DNA of 63,894 nucleotides, the filler included, from Phoronis australis (Eukaryota; Animalia; Phoronida): assembly GCA_002633005.1 (NCBI GenBank). It is 11 parts of 11 records of this genome, joined end to end, with 100 filler letters (N's around TTAATTAATTAA, not from the genome) between each part and the next. Parts side by side here need not be neighbours in the genome. Positions count along the whole stretch, not along the records: positions 1 to 3,953 come from NMRA01002760.1; positions 4,054 to 16,211 come from NMRA01000397.1; 9 more parts are not named here. One strand, written 5' to 3'. Shown here in pieces: positions 1 to 10,749 of this stretch (position 1 is the stretch's first letter; each line of letters begins with the position of its first letter). A program made the position numbers and the translations under genes. The notes beneath the pieces were generated by a model that worked only from the letters and a program-made list of their open reading frames with translations, had not been told where the DNA came from and made no database searches.

Positions 1-34
1 CGTCTGCTGTTATGTACCCAGAACGAGTTGGAAG
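1..34 (+). CDS. Cys2-like MetX-family O-acyltransferase, internal exon (5' truncated by window)
   Basis: Reads SAVMYPERVG(R), ends AG|GTAACA donor; phase 2 matches the next exon. Confidence 0.75.
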
Positions 35-1204
35 GTAACATATAGCCTCAGAGCAAAAATCCTTGCTATCTCCTTGAGTACAGTGAACCAAGTATAGCCT
101 ATATTGTTGCCACCAGGTGGCGAGACCGTCTTGTCTACGAGTCCTCTTACCTTGAATTGGGTCTAACCTGATCTGTCTCTAAATAAGTGATAATCTTCAA
201 TTGCACTGCCAAACATGTCGGGGGAATTTGAGGACAGTTCATGAGTACACTCAATAGTTTGGAAAAGATGAAATTTATGAAACGGGGGAAGCATAAGAAG
301 TTATCAAAAGCAGAAATGTTTGCTTGGCATTGCTTTGGTGCCCAAGATTACAAGACATTGCCACGTCTTTTTATCAGAAAATACCACATTTGGTTACAGG
401 TGGAAATGATTTGACCTGGTTTAAGTAAAGATAATATCCAGGTGTTGGCTTATGAACTAAATGACCAATAGAGATAAACCGGTGTCCATGACATTCACAG
501 CCAGTTTTTGTTTGACCCAGTTATATCAACTGATTTATTACAGTTTGTGATATTACACACAGGGTGTTAACAGGTGTTACTGAGACCCTTCCTGATCCGG
601 CTTATTTCATTGCGTAAATCGACCGTTACTCTCTGATGGGGGGTATATTAGGGATACAGCACTGGTTCTGTAATATTGTCTACATTGTACTATAAAAAGA
701 GGCACACATAATTTGACTGTCGTACAATAGTATTGGCTTCAAGTTACTTTTAAGGTTACATGGGACCTTATTGACATGTCGGTATTAGTAGCCAAATATT
801 TACAAAACAACATTGAAAGTACATATTTTCTGAAAGCAGAAAGCCTTTAGAGGTTGATTTTTTCATTTTTACCAGTTTTTCCTTAATTGGGATACGTGAC
901 CATGTTTTTTAGTAAATTTAGCAAAACAAGAAAGAGACACTGATAGCAAAACAGCGGTTAAATATTTGTTCACCAAATGTCATTTGATATGAATGTTCAA
1001 TATGTAATTTCAACAATGCATAATTTTTTAGTTTAGTTTCCTATTAATTTTTGGTTTTCGTTTGTCCAACATGTCATTTTTTTATGGAAATCTTTATTTT
1101 TCCATTTTTTGAGAGCCCCTGGTTCCAAAATTTTGATAGGATTTTAGGATGACTGGTGTACTTTTATTGATTGACAGTTTGCCAAACAAAGTTATGTAAC
1201 ACAT

Positions 1205-1304
1205 GTTATCCTACAGTATGAAAGTACCTTAATACACTGATAACCCTGAGAGTTATCCTACAGTAGCACTGTACCTTAATACACTGATAACCCTGGGAGT
1301 TATC
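1205..1304. repeat. 47-bp tandem repeat, about 2.1 copies (intronic)
   Basis: GTTATC... units start at 1205, 1252 and 1299. Confidence 0.85.
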
Positions 1305-1956
1305 TTGATGGTTATTGGTGGGAAAACTATAATGGACATGCTGTGATGTTCAGTGGAAAATCACATTTCAGATATCCTGTGTTGCATAGAGTTGATGGGA
1401 TGAAGGATGAATATTTTCAATTTTTGTACTTTTGTAGAATATATTGCTTAGCTTGTGTGATAAATAGATAATTAACAAAATAGATAATTAACATGTTCTT
1501 GACCATTATTTAGACCATTTATTTGAGTTTGAAGAATTGTTTTCCAAATCCTGTTCGAGGGTCAACCTCACCGTTAAGTAATCTATATTTATTAGGCATG
1601 TACAAGTTAGGATGTGGAAAGGATTCCAAGGCTGTGCCTCTTAATTCCAGCTTCAATTCTCTAAACCCCAATCTCATACCAGCAGACACAGTGACCAAAC
1701 TCCAGTCTCGGGGCCTAAACTCCAGTCCTGGGGACTAGATTACTATCTGGGTTTGGTCACCAATTAAACAGCATTTTATGTGTTGCAGTTAAGATGTGCA
1801 AGTCTGGGGATTTGTAGTGCAGCTTGGGTGACTGCTGATCAAGGACTTGGTTTCTCAGGAATTTAGAGGTGTGGCCATGGAGTCGTTTCCACCCCCTGCA
1901 GAAGATGTCTCCATCAAATTGTGTTTTTGAAAACGAAAATTTGGATTCTTCTTCAG

Positions 1957-2106
1957 ACTGATCTCGATCTCGTCGTGTGCCCAGTCTCACCCGTCAAGCA
2001 TTGCCATGAGATACCTGCAGAGGAAGTGCATCATGACCGATCCAAACTGGAACAAGGGGCACTATTACCAGAGCGCCTACCCAGGCATGGGTATGAAACT
2101 TGCTAG
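1957..2106 (+). CDS. Cys2-like MetX-family O-acyltransferase exon
   Basis: TTCAG acceptor, GTGAGG donor; (R)LISISSCAQSHPSSIAMRYLQRKCIMTDPNWNKGHYYQSAYPGMGMKLA(R), carrying the DPNWxxGxY...GMKLAR motif of the MetX/Met2/Cys2 alpha/beta-hydrolase family. Confidence 0.9.
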   Translation, partial: TDLDLVVCPVSPVKHCHEIPAEEVHHDRSKLEQGALLPERLPRHGYETC

Positions 2107-2820
2107 GTGAGGGTAAAGAGTCACGCAAACACAGCACGTGTGCTACATCTAATTGTCGCGTGGCACGATTTCTCAGACAAATGGCAGAGCCTCGTTCTGA
2201 TGCGATTTGTGTGTATTTATAAGATAATGAGTTACTTGTCTAAGTTGACACCCTTCAGGCGACGAACAGTCAGTTGAAGCGACATCATGCCATATTCTGG
2301 CTGGAGTATACACCCTCGATCTTTGCTGAAGGAGACATGAAATGGTTCTTTTGACTCCTGTCCATTTTTATGTCCTTAAAATGGTGAAAGCATTTGCATG
2401 AACAAAGTGTTCATTTGGGTAATCACTCACCCCTCAAATATTTCGTTTTAAACATTCGTATTTGGCTTATTGCCCTTTCCATTGATTTTTAATTTCCCCA
2501 GCAAGGCGCTGTACGCTTTAAGCCAGGCGAGTGTAGCAGTACACGTAATCAACCTAAAAGGCTACTGTGAATTCTTGCCAATTCAAGACACAGTATGGCC
2601 GACAAGCGGAATTTTGTTTGAGCATTTTGTCTATGAAACAAATGCAGCACCAAAATTAAGTGTTGTTCCATATTTAAGCTTTGCACGACAGCTGCTATTA
2701 GACAAAATTTTGAAAATTAGTGGCCAATCACAGGAATGTTAAAAGTGTGAAATTTCAACGTATCCATTTCAAGTACTCCCAGAGAGCAATCTCCTACAAT
2801 ATTTCACTGGTGCTGCATTT

Positions 2821-2885
2821 CAGCAACAGCATAGTGGTTGTACAGCAGGCTCACCTGTGAGGCTGGAGGTTGATTCCCTAGTTGT
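2821..2885 (+). mobile_element. Possible decayed tRNA-derived SINE head
   Basis: A-box-like TAGTGGTT and B-box-like GGTTGATTCCC at tRNA-like spacing; no intact cloverleaf. Confidence 0.3.
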
Positions 2886-3358
2886 CTTGAAGACTATGAG
2901 TATTGTACTATGCCTCAATGTGCCTGGTGTTAGTTCAACGCTGATTGATGTTATCACAAGTCTTGAGCATGTCATTTTCACATCTTCAAAGTTTTAATGT
3001 TAAGTTATCCATACGTCCTTCATAACCCAATGCGATATCGTGTCCAAAATGTAATATTGTTAGTGACCCATTTCCGACTTGAAAATTTCACTAAAACCAC
3101 TGAGTACTACTACTATGGCCTTAATACAAATAACATTCATTGATTTGATTGAATGAGCAGTGCAGGTCAAGCATTTTAGGTCTCAATTATGGAGTACAAA
3201 GACAGTGTTAAACAGTGTATTTCTGACTGCAATGTGGATTATAAATTGTCTTGGAAATAGTATGCTTTAGTTTCATTCTGTGTCAGAAATTCCCCCCCCC
3301 CATTGCACAGGCATAAGCTACCACCAAAGCTAACGCCATTGATATTTCCTATTTGCAG

Positions 3359-3542
3359 AGAGATCGCTACGCTCACCTACCGCAGTGGACCAGAATGGGA
3401 TGACAGATTTGGTCGGCAATACATTGACCCTGATGCCCCAGTGGAGCTGTGTCCAACTTTTCTGATTGAAAGCTATCTCGACCACCAGGGAGAGTCCTTC
3501 TGCAACAAGTTTGACCCCAACTCCCTGCTCTACATTTCTAAG
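3359..3542 (+). CDS. Cys2-like MetX-family O-acyltransferase exon
   Basis: TTGCAG acceptor, GTGAGG donor; [19 protein letters not shown]...[36 protein letters not shown] is typical of the fungal Cys2/CysA-like subgroup. Confidence 0.92.
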
Positions 3543-3698
3543 GTGAGGTTCTATTGCTGAATTTTAATTTTTTTCTTTGATAATGGTTCCTTGCGTTCAT
3601 TACTAGCGGATGGGTATTAACGGTTGTTGTCCAACATTCTTATCATCTGGTCAAGTTTGTTTCAATCCCCAGTAATTCTAGCTTGCTATCCCCGTCAG

Positions 3699-3852
3699 GC
3701 TATGGACCTGTTCGATCTCAGTGAAGGTTATGACTCCTTAAACCACAGCTTGTCATTCGTGAAACAGCCTGTTATGGTGATTGGTGTGCAGACGGACATT
3801 CTCTTCCCCATCTGGCAACAGAGGGAGCTGGCTAAGTTGCTGCAAGATTCAG
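3699..3852 (+). CDS. Cys2-like MetX-family O-acyltransferase exon (last exon with the catalytic His is missing after the linker)
   Basis: GTCAG acceptor, GTGACC donor; AMDLFDLSEGYDSLNHSLSFVKQPVMVIGVQTDILFPIWQQRELAKLLQDS(G), including the catalytic Asp region (TDILFP). Confidence 0.92.
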
Positions 3853-3953
3853 GTGACCACTGAACATTAATTGAGTGTCACTGGTTAGTTCAAGTACAAA
3901 AGGGAAAAACTAGGTTTTAGAAATTGCAATAATATTAATTTCAAAAAAGTGTT

Positions 3954-4053
3954 NNNNNNNNNNNNNNNNNNNNNNNNNNNNNNNNNNNNNNNNNNNNTTA
4001 ATTAATTAANNNNNNNNNNNNNNNNNNNNNNNNNNNNNNNNNNNNNNNNNNNN
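3954..4053. other. Artificial contig linker, 44N-TTAATTAATTAA-44N (first of 10)
   Basis: Identical 100-bp spacers also at 16212-16311, 24155-24254, 27611-27710, 32702-32801, 40571-40670, 48820-48919, 50928-51027, 59100-59199 and 62359-62458; the 12-mer puts stops in all six frames. Confidence 0.98.
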
Positions 4054-4429
4054 AGTTCACCATTTCACTACCAACTTTCACATGGTCAAAAATAGAATTG
4101 TTTTATTTTTGGTCTTGCTACAACACCAATATCAGCTGGTACATCACTCTCGATTGCCCGGTTACGCAATGCTTGTTGACAGGGTTAGATTAGAGCCAGT
4201 GTCCTTGTATATAAGCTCCGCCCCAGTTGTCAATCACTGAGCTGGTGAGCACTCAAGCCATATGACTTACTGAGGCTTGGTCAAATATAGCTAAAAATAC
4301 AACTTTGGATTTTCAGAATGATTTTATTTTTCTTCAGTAGACTGTGCATCAAGAATTAAAGATTAGGATGACATAAAAATGTAAAAAAAAAAAACAGTCA
4401 AAATTAATTTTTTGTGTATCCACCTACCT

Positions 4430-5560
4430 TAAGACTGTTCATTGTATTGATTGAAATGAAGAGGGTTGTCAGATTGTTTGTAGCGCCTGTACAACTTAGA
4501 GTGTTAGCGATTTATCTGATCTGTAAACCATGGTACGTTTTTGGTAGTAAGTACTTTGAATTTGGATGGAATGTTTTTCGCTAGGATGTCTGTCAGTGAT
4601 TTATTGATCGAATCTCAATACTACATTATCAAAGCCGTTTTGACTGAGAATTGCATCCCTATCATGGTTGATTGATTCGTTATGCAACTGAATTTGATTT
4701 GCTATGTTTATATTTCCAAAACACGTTTTATAAGAGGGGGTTCGTTGTAAGCTGAGCATGATAGGATGGGCGTATGTATGACATGGTGATCTGAGTGACC
4801 AATGTGGGGCGGTATAGAACGAACGTGGACGAAATAGAACTGAGGTTGTTGGTAAATACAAGTCAATGCAAGATTTGGAAGTTGCGGAGATTATTGTAGG
4901 CTCGTTGGTCAGTTGTACGAAGACGTTTGCAAGTAGTACATGTACCTCGACGAATAGTTCAATGACAGCCTGATTATCGTCAGGAAACCAGGTATCAAAA
5001 TTTCGAGTGTTGAAGTCACCGTTTACGATGACTGTTCGGTTATATTTGGAAAGTTCAGCAAGTTCTTTGGATATAAATTGAAATGCTTTGCGCTCGACAG
5101 AAGACTGAGACTGGGAACGATAGAAGAAACTGTAGTAAAGTGTCTTATAATTTACGTGTAATTCAATCCAGCAATTACATAGAACTTTTCCAGGTGAGAA
5201 ATTTACACGTTTGACACGATATTAAGCGTGTCAAACGTGTAAAAAACTGTAATGCGTGTTAAAATTTTCCACGCTAACATGTAAAAACATGACACACGCT
5301 AGCGTGTAAAAATGTGCCACGGTATGTGTCAAACGTGTAAAAATTAATGTGCCAAGTTATGTATAAACTTGTTGTTGGGCTATACAATCGAACAAGTTTG
5401 GGAGCAACGTGACGTCGCCGTCATGGAGGCTCACTCGGTCATCTCTGGAGAACGCCGGTTGCACATTAACCAGTCTAGCAATAGTTTTATAATGACTGAC
5501 ATTGGTTTTGTCGGTGCCATTCAGCAGTGCCTCTGTCTCTGACTGCCATCCTACAGTCAT
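4430..5560 (-). mobile_element. Decayed non-LTR retrotransposon (LINE) ORF2: APE endonuclease domain and downstream linker
   Basis: Minus-strand fragments CWIEL...FFYRSQSQ...VIVNGDFN...QLTNEPTIISATSKSCIDL and downstream KNVPWFTDQI; GDFN, PT...S.IDL and PWF motifs are typical of CR1/L2/Jockey-group ORF2. Multiple stops and frameshifts. Confidence 0.75.
5199..5346. mobile_element. Palindromic MITE-like insertion inside the LINE remnant
   Basis: Perfect 17-bp inverted repeat TTTACACGTTTGACACG (5202-5218) / CGTGTCAAACGTGTAAA (5227-5243), with a further copy of the right arm at about 5325-5345. Confidence 0.55.
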
Positions 5561-6204
5561 ACCGAGGGTGTTTGTTGCTGTGTAATTAGGATTATACACA
5601 CTGTTTTGTATAGTCAGCAAGATAAAACCTCACCCTTTTTTGAGTTGGAACAGGGATTAAAACTGATCCATTTTGGTGAGAGCCTCAATGGAAGAATCAA
5701 CTTATCTGATAACATAATTATGCAAAGTTATTATTTACAGGGAATTGAATTTCAGCAAAAATCTCTCTGTGCGGTATTCTTTTTAAAACACAAACTTCAG
5801 TTGCATATGAAACCTTCAGTGGTTTTGGTGCTAAAATGGATCATTTTGTACAGTTCCAACCAAAAAGTAAATTTTTTGTGTGGAATTTATTTGGAAATTC
5901 ACCCTTTCATGGTGACTTTTGCAGTCCCCGAGTCACTGGTCAGAGTGTCACATTTGGTCATATGAAATCTATGCAAGTCTCCTCTCTCCTGGACCCGGAC
6001 TGGTCGACTGTTTCATGTTTTCTTTCCACGTTCACATGATGTCAAGTGTTGTAGAGTTTGCAACAATCATCTATTAATATCAGTCTAGTTGCAAAACAAG
6101 ATCTCAGAACCATTCTAAAACATTCTGAAACTACTAAGGTTCGCTGTAATCAAAGCATCCTGGAGTTAGACATAATGTAAGCAAGCAAACTTTAAAAACC
6201 TGCC

Positions 6205-6358
6205 TCCCGTTCAGTAGCGCTAGGACCTCTCTAAAAAGCAAGACTTCGCGAGATTACCTGAGATATTGCCGTGTATTTTAAGTGAGAACACGTGACTTTG
6301 ACTAGGTTTTAGCTAGGTCCCCTAGCGTAGGTCCTAGCATCTACTGAATGCACGCCTG
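6205..6358 (+). mobile_element. About 150-bp MITE, copy 1
   Basis: Terminal inverted repeats TTCAGTAGCGCTAGGACCT / AGGTCCTAGCATCTACTGAA; diverged inverted copy at 18485-18628. Confidence 0.7.
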
Positions 6359-6764
6359 GTTCGTTAAAATGACTACAAGTTGCAAAAACATCTCACATTT
6401 CAAAATTGGGAGCTCAGGGTACTTCAAAGATTTTAAGCTGGGTCACTAAACCCAAATAGACAATTTCTTGTGCGTTACTTGGGTTGGATTGTTATCCAGG
6501 CAATAGTCACTCACTGGCAATCCAAATTTTGAGAACAAGTTTTAACGCCGGCTATTCAGTGAGAAATAGGTTCCTGTTATACAGTAGAAAACACTGGTTT
6601 TCAAAGTGGAGGTGCCCTGTATGTTACTATTACCATTATGTTTTGCTCAGTGTTTTGAGCAACACGCTAGTGTTTCATTCTTGTGGTTATGAACTACATA
6701 AATACAGCAGTGATTTTAGTCAACATTTCGGTCTTTTCGAACAGTTTTTCAAAATTACAAATTT

Positions 6765-6845
6765 GTCTCTTACTGAGGGGGCCTCCTCGTGGCAAGAGTT
6801 GGGCAGTGTAATGCTTCAGAACATTCGCACTGGCAAACACCCTCA
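6765..6845 (+). ncRNA. HDV-like (delta-like) self-cleaving ribozyme, nested double pseudoknot
   Basis: P1 GTCTCTT(6765-71)/AAGAGTT(6794-6800); P2 TGAGGGG(6774-80)/CACCCTCA(6838-45); P3 GCC/GGC; L3 TCCTCGT; P1.1 CC/GG(6801-02); P4 CAGTG/CACTG plus AATG/CATT; J4/2 G-C-A-A-A with catalytic-position C6834. Confidence 0.75.
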
Positions 6846-8686
6846 CGTTGACATCATTAATGTGTTCCTAGAAATAGTATACCCATAAGCTACAAAACAC
6901 ACAACAAGCCAAGAAATTTATCTAACCATTGGGAACTTTATTTTGCTGATGTATTGATTAGAAATATGGTTTAGTTTAGCGATGGACTGAAGTACTAAGT
7001 CTGGGTATTAACATAGCCGTGGGTGCACAAGAGGGCTTTCCCCTCCTCATTGCAAACCCTTCCCCTGATACAAACTCATTTCAGTTTTGTTCTTGCTTAG
7101 CTTCCCTGTCCCTGTCTCCTGTTCATGCAGTGCCTCCAAGTTGCCTCACATTACAGTCATTGGTTGCGAACAATTTCAAGTCCACTAAAGAACAAGTTGA
7201 GACAGGGATATATACAGGGCTTGTAATTTTCCTTTTTTGTTTTTATTTCCTCTTATTCGATTTTCAGCTTCTTTTTTATCATCATTTTTTGGCTTCATTC
7301 ATGTAAAAACATTTATTTCAGTTTAATATTACAACACAAAAATATTTCTATCACACAAGACTATTTGTGAAATATTAGATCACCTGGAAAATTTTCTTCT
7401 TATAGTCATTCCAATTCCTGTATATAGTGGTAATTTGTTCAGATCAAAATTTATTCTTTTTCACATAAGAAGCATTTGTAGCAACTTTAAGGGATTTAAT
7501 TCGAAGGAAATTTGGAAGCTAGAAGACACCATCTGATAAGCGCGTTCTGAAATCAACAATTGTGCTTGTACTTTCCAAGATATTCAACACACATTGTTAG
7601 GTATAGGGATAGGGTTCATTCCACCATCCTTGGGCTTTCAGAGTACCCTCCTAAAACCATTCCAAGGGGGTACTCCCACAGGTTTATACAAGACACAACA
7701 CTCAACTGGGTGATTCTTCTCAAACAATTTCTCTTCAAAATGGTGCTTGAAAAAAACCCTACCACAGCAAACTTGTTCTCATGAATACAACAGGTTTGTC
7801 TCTGGAAGTTAAAAACACTGCAAGTGGTATCCTTTTCCTACTGCAATAGGGGTTTTAATACGATACCTGTATTTTTAAAACCTTGGACACCAGACTCATT
7901 TTTGACAACAGGAATCTCTGAGCCGACTTCTTCAAGCTTAATGGGTGAAAACGACAGCTGTACAAGAATTACTACAAAAGGATTCATTTGTTAGCATTAG
8001 CTGTTATAAAAAGATTGTGCATTTGAAACATTAGGCTACAATTCTATTGAAGTCCAAACCTCGGACCACAAACAATGTTTTTTTAGCCACCGTGGTGGAG
8101 ATTCTTCTAGTACTCGATTATGCACAAAACTGAAGGTTAGGGCCCATTTGGAACACCTCTCGGGTATTTTCGTAGCTACAAATTTACCCTCAGAACATCT
8201 GGAGCACCTCAGCTATTTTCCTATTTGCATGTACAAATTTTTCTTAGAAACACTTCAGGTATTTTCGTAGCCTCAAATATCCTCTCGGAGATGAACGTTA
8301 TCCAAAATATGGCAAGTCACGTGATTTTCAATCGTGACAATAATAGGCAAACTGAAGTCCGCACACAAGCAGAGAGCATTCACCTATTAGGTGAAATCTG
8401 AGGTTACGAAAACACCCAAGGTGTTCTGGATGCCCTTGGAAGTTAATGTTTTCAGTGCATGCTCAAAGTTTATGGCCAATCATTCTCCACTAAGTTTGAT
8501 AATCACGCAGGTTAAATTCACCTCCAATGAGAAAATTGAGGCCCCGAATATACCCAAGGTGATCTGAATGGCTTAGGACCCTCAAGTTGTGCAGGGTCGA
8601 AAATTGTGGTGTTCTAGGGGATGAATACTGTGTAGGCTGCGAAGTGGTGGAAATTGGGTGCCAGCAGTATTTACTTTAACACTGTA

Positions 8687-8845
8687 CAGAGACGGATAGG
8701 GGGAAGTGGGGGCGGCAAAGTGGTCATGGCCCTGCCTAAAATTCTCCCAGATTCCATTCAGCAGTTTGGGGGTGCAAATGTCTGACGGGCAAAATACTCT
8801 GCCCTTGCCGTTACCCCCTAACTCAAAATCCTGGACCATCCCCTG
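8687..8845 (+). mobile_element. Short non-autonomous hAT-like element, family A, copy 1
   Basis: Ends CAGAGACGGAT...ATCCCCTG; body matches 10706-10749 plus 14205-14326 and 33383-33540; flanks CTGTA/ATGTA (4 of 5 match). Confidence 0.7.
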
Positions 8846-9158
8846 ATGTAAGATCTTACAGCAGGGGAGGATCCAGGATTTCGGGACGTTTTCAATTCAT
8901 AAAAAGCATTCAAACAATGAAACTGAAAAAATGCCAAGTGAAGAGTGAAGCCATTGTTAATTCATGTTTATTTTCCTAGTAAGGAATCGATAATTACATG
9001 ATTTTACTACAGTTTGTTGGTAATATCACAATATATAAACAGCTACCTCACCAGAGAGTTCCCCCCGACCGCAAACTCGACCCAGTCTCAAAATAACTTT
9101 TACTCTCGCGACACCTAGCGACCTGATAACGCAATACCGGATGTCAGCATGCGCAGAG

Positions 9159-9402
9159 CAAACTTCCTGGTTAAAAATTGCCAGCTGACAGCCAATGAAA
9201 ACCATCGTTCTAGTGCGCTGTACCTGGGCCTTCACAAGCAATCCGTGACGTCAGCTTGTGAGGCCCGGGAACCCGGTTAAACAAACTTCCTGGTTAAAAA
9301 TTGCCAGCTGACAGCCAATGAAAACCATCGTTCTGGTGCACTGTACCTGGGCCTTCACAAGCAATCCGTGACGTCAGCTTGTGAGGCCCGGGAACCAGGT
9401 TA
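9159..9402. repeat. 123-bp tandem duplication, 2 near-identical copies, each with an internal hairpin
   Basis: CAAACTTCCTGG starts at 9159 and 9282; only a few substitutions between units. Confidence 0.9.
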
Positions 9403-10544
9403 GGTAAAAGGCTGGAGATGAGTCGGCAAAAAATCTAACTTCAAAGTCAATTAATTAACAATTGAGAAAAGGTGTGACAAAACTAACATTACACAATAAT
9501 TTCTGTGCGTTTTGTTAACATGTAGATGCTAAAATCAGGATTTTTGGTTTAAAATTAAAGAAGTTATAATGGTTCGGGTTCACTACACCCGACCCGCGTA
9601 TGCTATGCCTGGCATTTCTTAGAAAAGTTTTATTAATACCTCAGAGTTCTTACCCCACCTGAATATACAGGTAAAATGGACATAAATCACGAAAGCCTAT
9701 TTGATGCATTCGACAAACGAAGGCTAAAACCATACGTTCGCGTTGAAATTGGGTTTGTTTTCCGACACCTCGGTGAATGGCGGGAAATCGTGCTCCCCGT
9801 CAACGTTTCTACCTTTGACAAGTCAGAAATCAGTGCTATTCCTCCGTATGTGGGCCTCTACTAGCAATTTTTGCGATAGGTGGTCTTCAATTCAAGAAAA
9901 CTGGAATGTGCTACTTCATAGTTGGATTAAAGCATAACCATCCTCCTTCTCGAGCTTGTAGGTAGCCGCGGCCGGTACTTACGAAGGGTAAGCCTAATGT
10001 ATATTTATCGTCAACCTACAATTTACGGAACGTCGTACGGGAACTGAAGGACTTTAGTAAAACAGTATCGGAATCACTATGGCACAAAATGAATGCACTT
10101 ACGTACTAAATTCAGGCCCAATTTACTGAGATTCTGTCCTCAGAGTCACCCAACACCTTTCGTTGCCGTGGCCGCGCCCTATCTGGGCGGCGGGAGCTGG
10201 TTTTTCGACGAAATTTTGTAAATAAATGCTGATTGGACAATCTACTGCGTGGCACAATGAGCACTTTTTCCTTTATTTATTCAAACCAATATGAGCTAAA
10301 TGAGATTCAAACCGACTAATCCACCATGGTCCGTAGGGGGTGACAGCAACCGTCTACAACGGGGACGGCGGCAAACGTCGTGTGCAATATAAAAAATCAT
10401 GACATTAACCAAAATGTTCCCACGGTAGCTACCTTAATTACTGTTTTCGGTGAATGATGTATACGAACGGCGTTCGTTACCTGGTGCGTAACTTGAGAAC
10501 GACACTCCCAACCCCTGGCGTAATTGCCGTCCACATAGGCTTAC

Positions 10545-10575
10545 CCAAGCCTCACGTACGCGGGAGACAGCTAGT
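10545..10575 (+). mobile_element. Possible Helitron 3' terminus
   Basis: Imperfect GC-rich palindrome CCTCACGTACGCGGG followed by AGACAG-CTAG-T. Confidence 0.35.
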
Positions 10576-10749
10576 TGTCAGGAGCAACTAACACCCCGTT
10601 TATATGACGGTATTTACTGTACACCAGAGTGTACTTCGTACAGCGTGTATTTTTGCCATGCACAAATTACACCCGGGTATAAAGGTACACTCAGGTGCGC
10701 ATAGGCAGGGGCGGATTTAAGGGGGGCCAATTAAGGGGGCCATGCCCCC

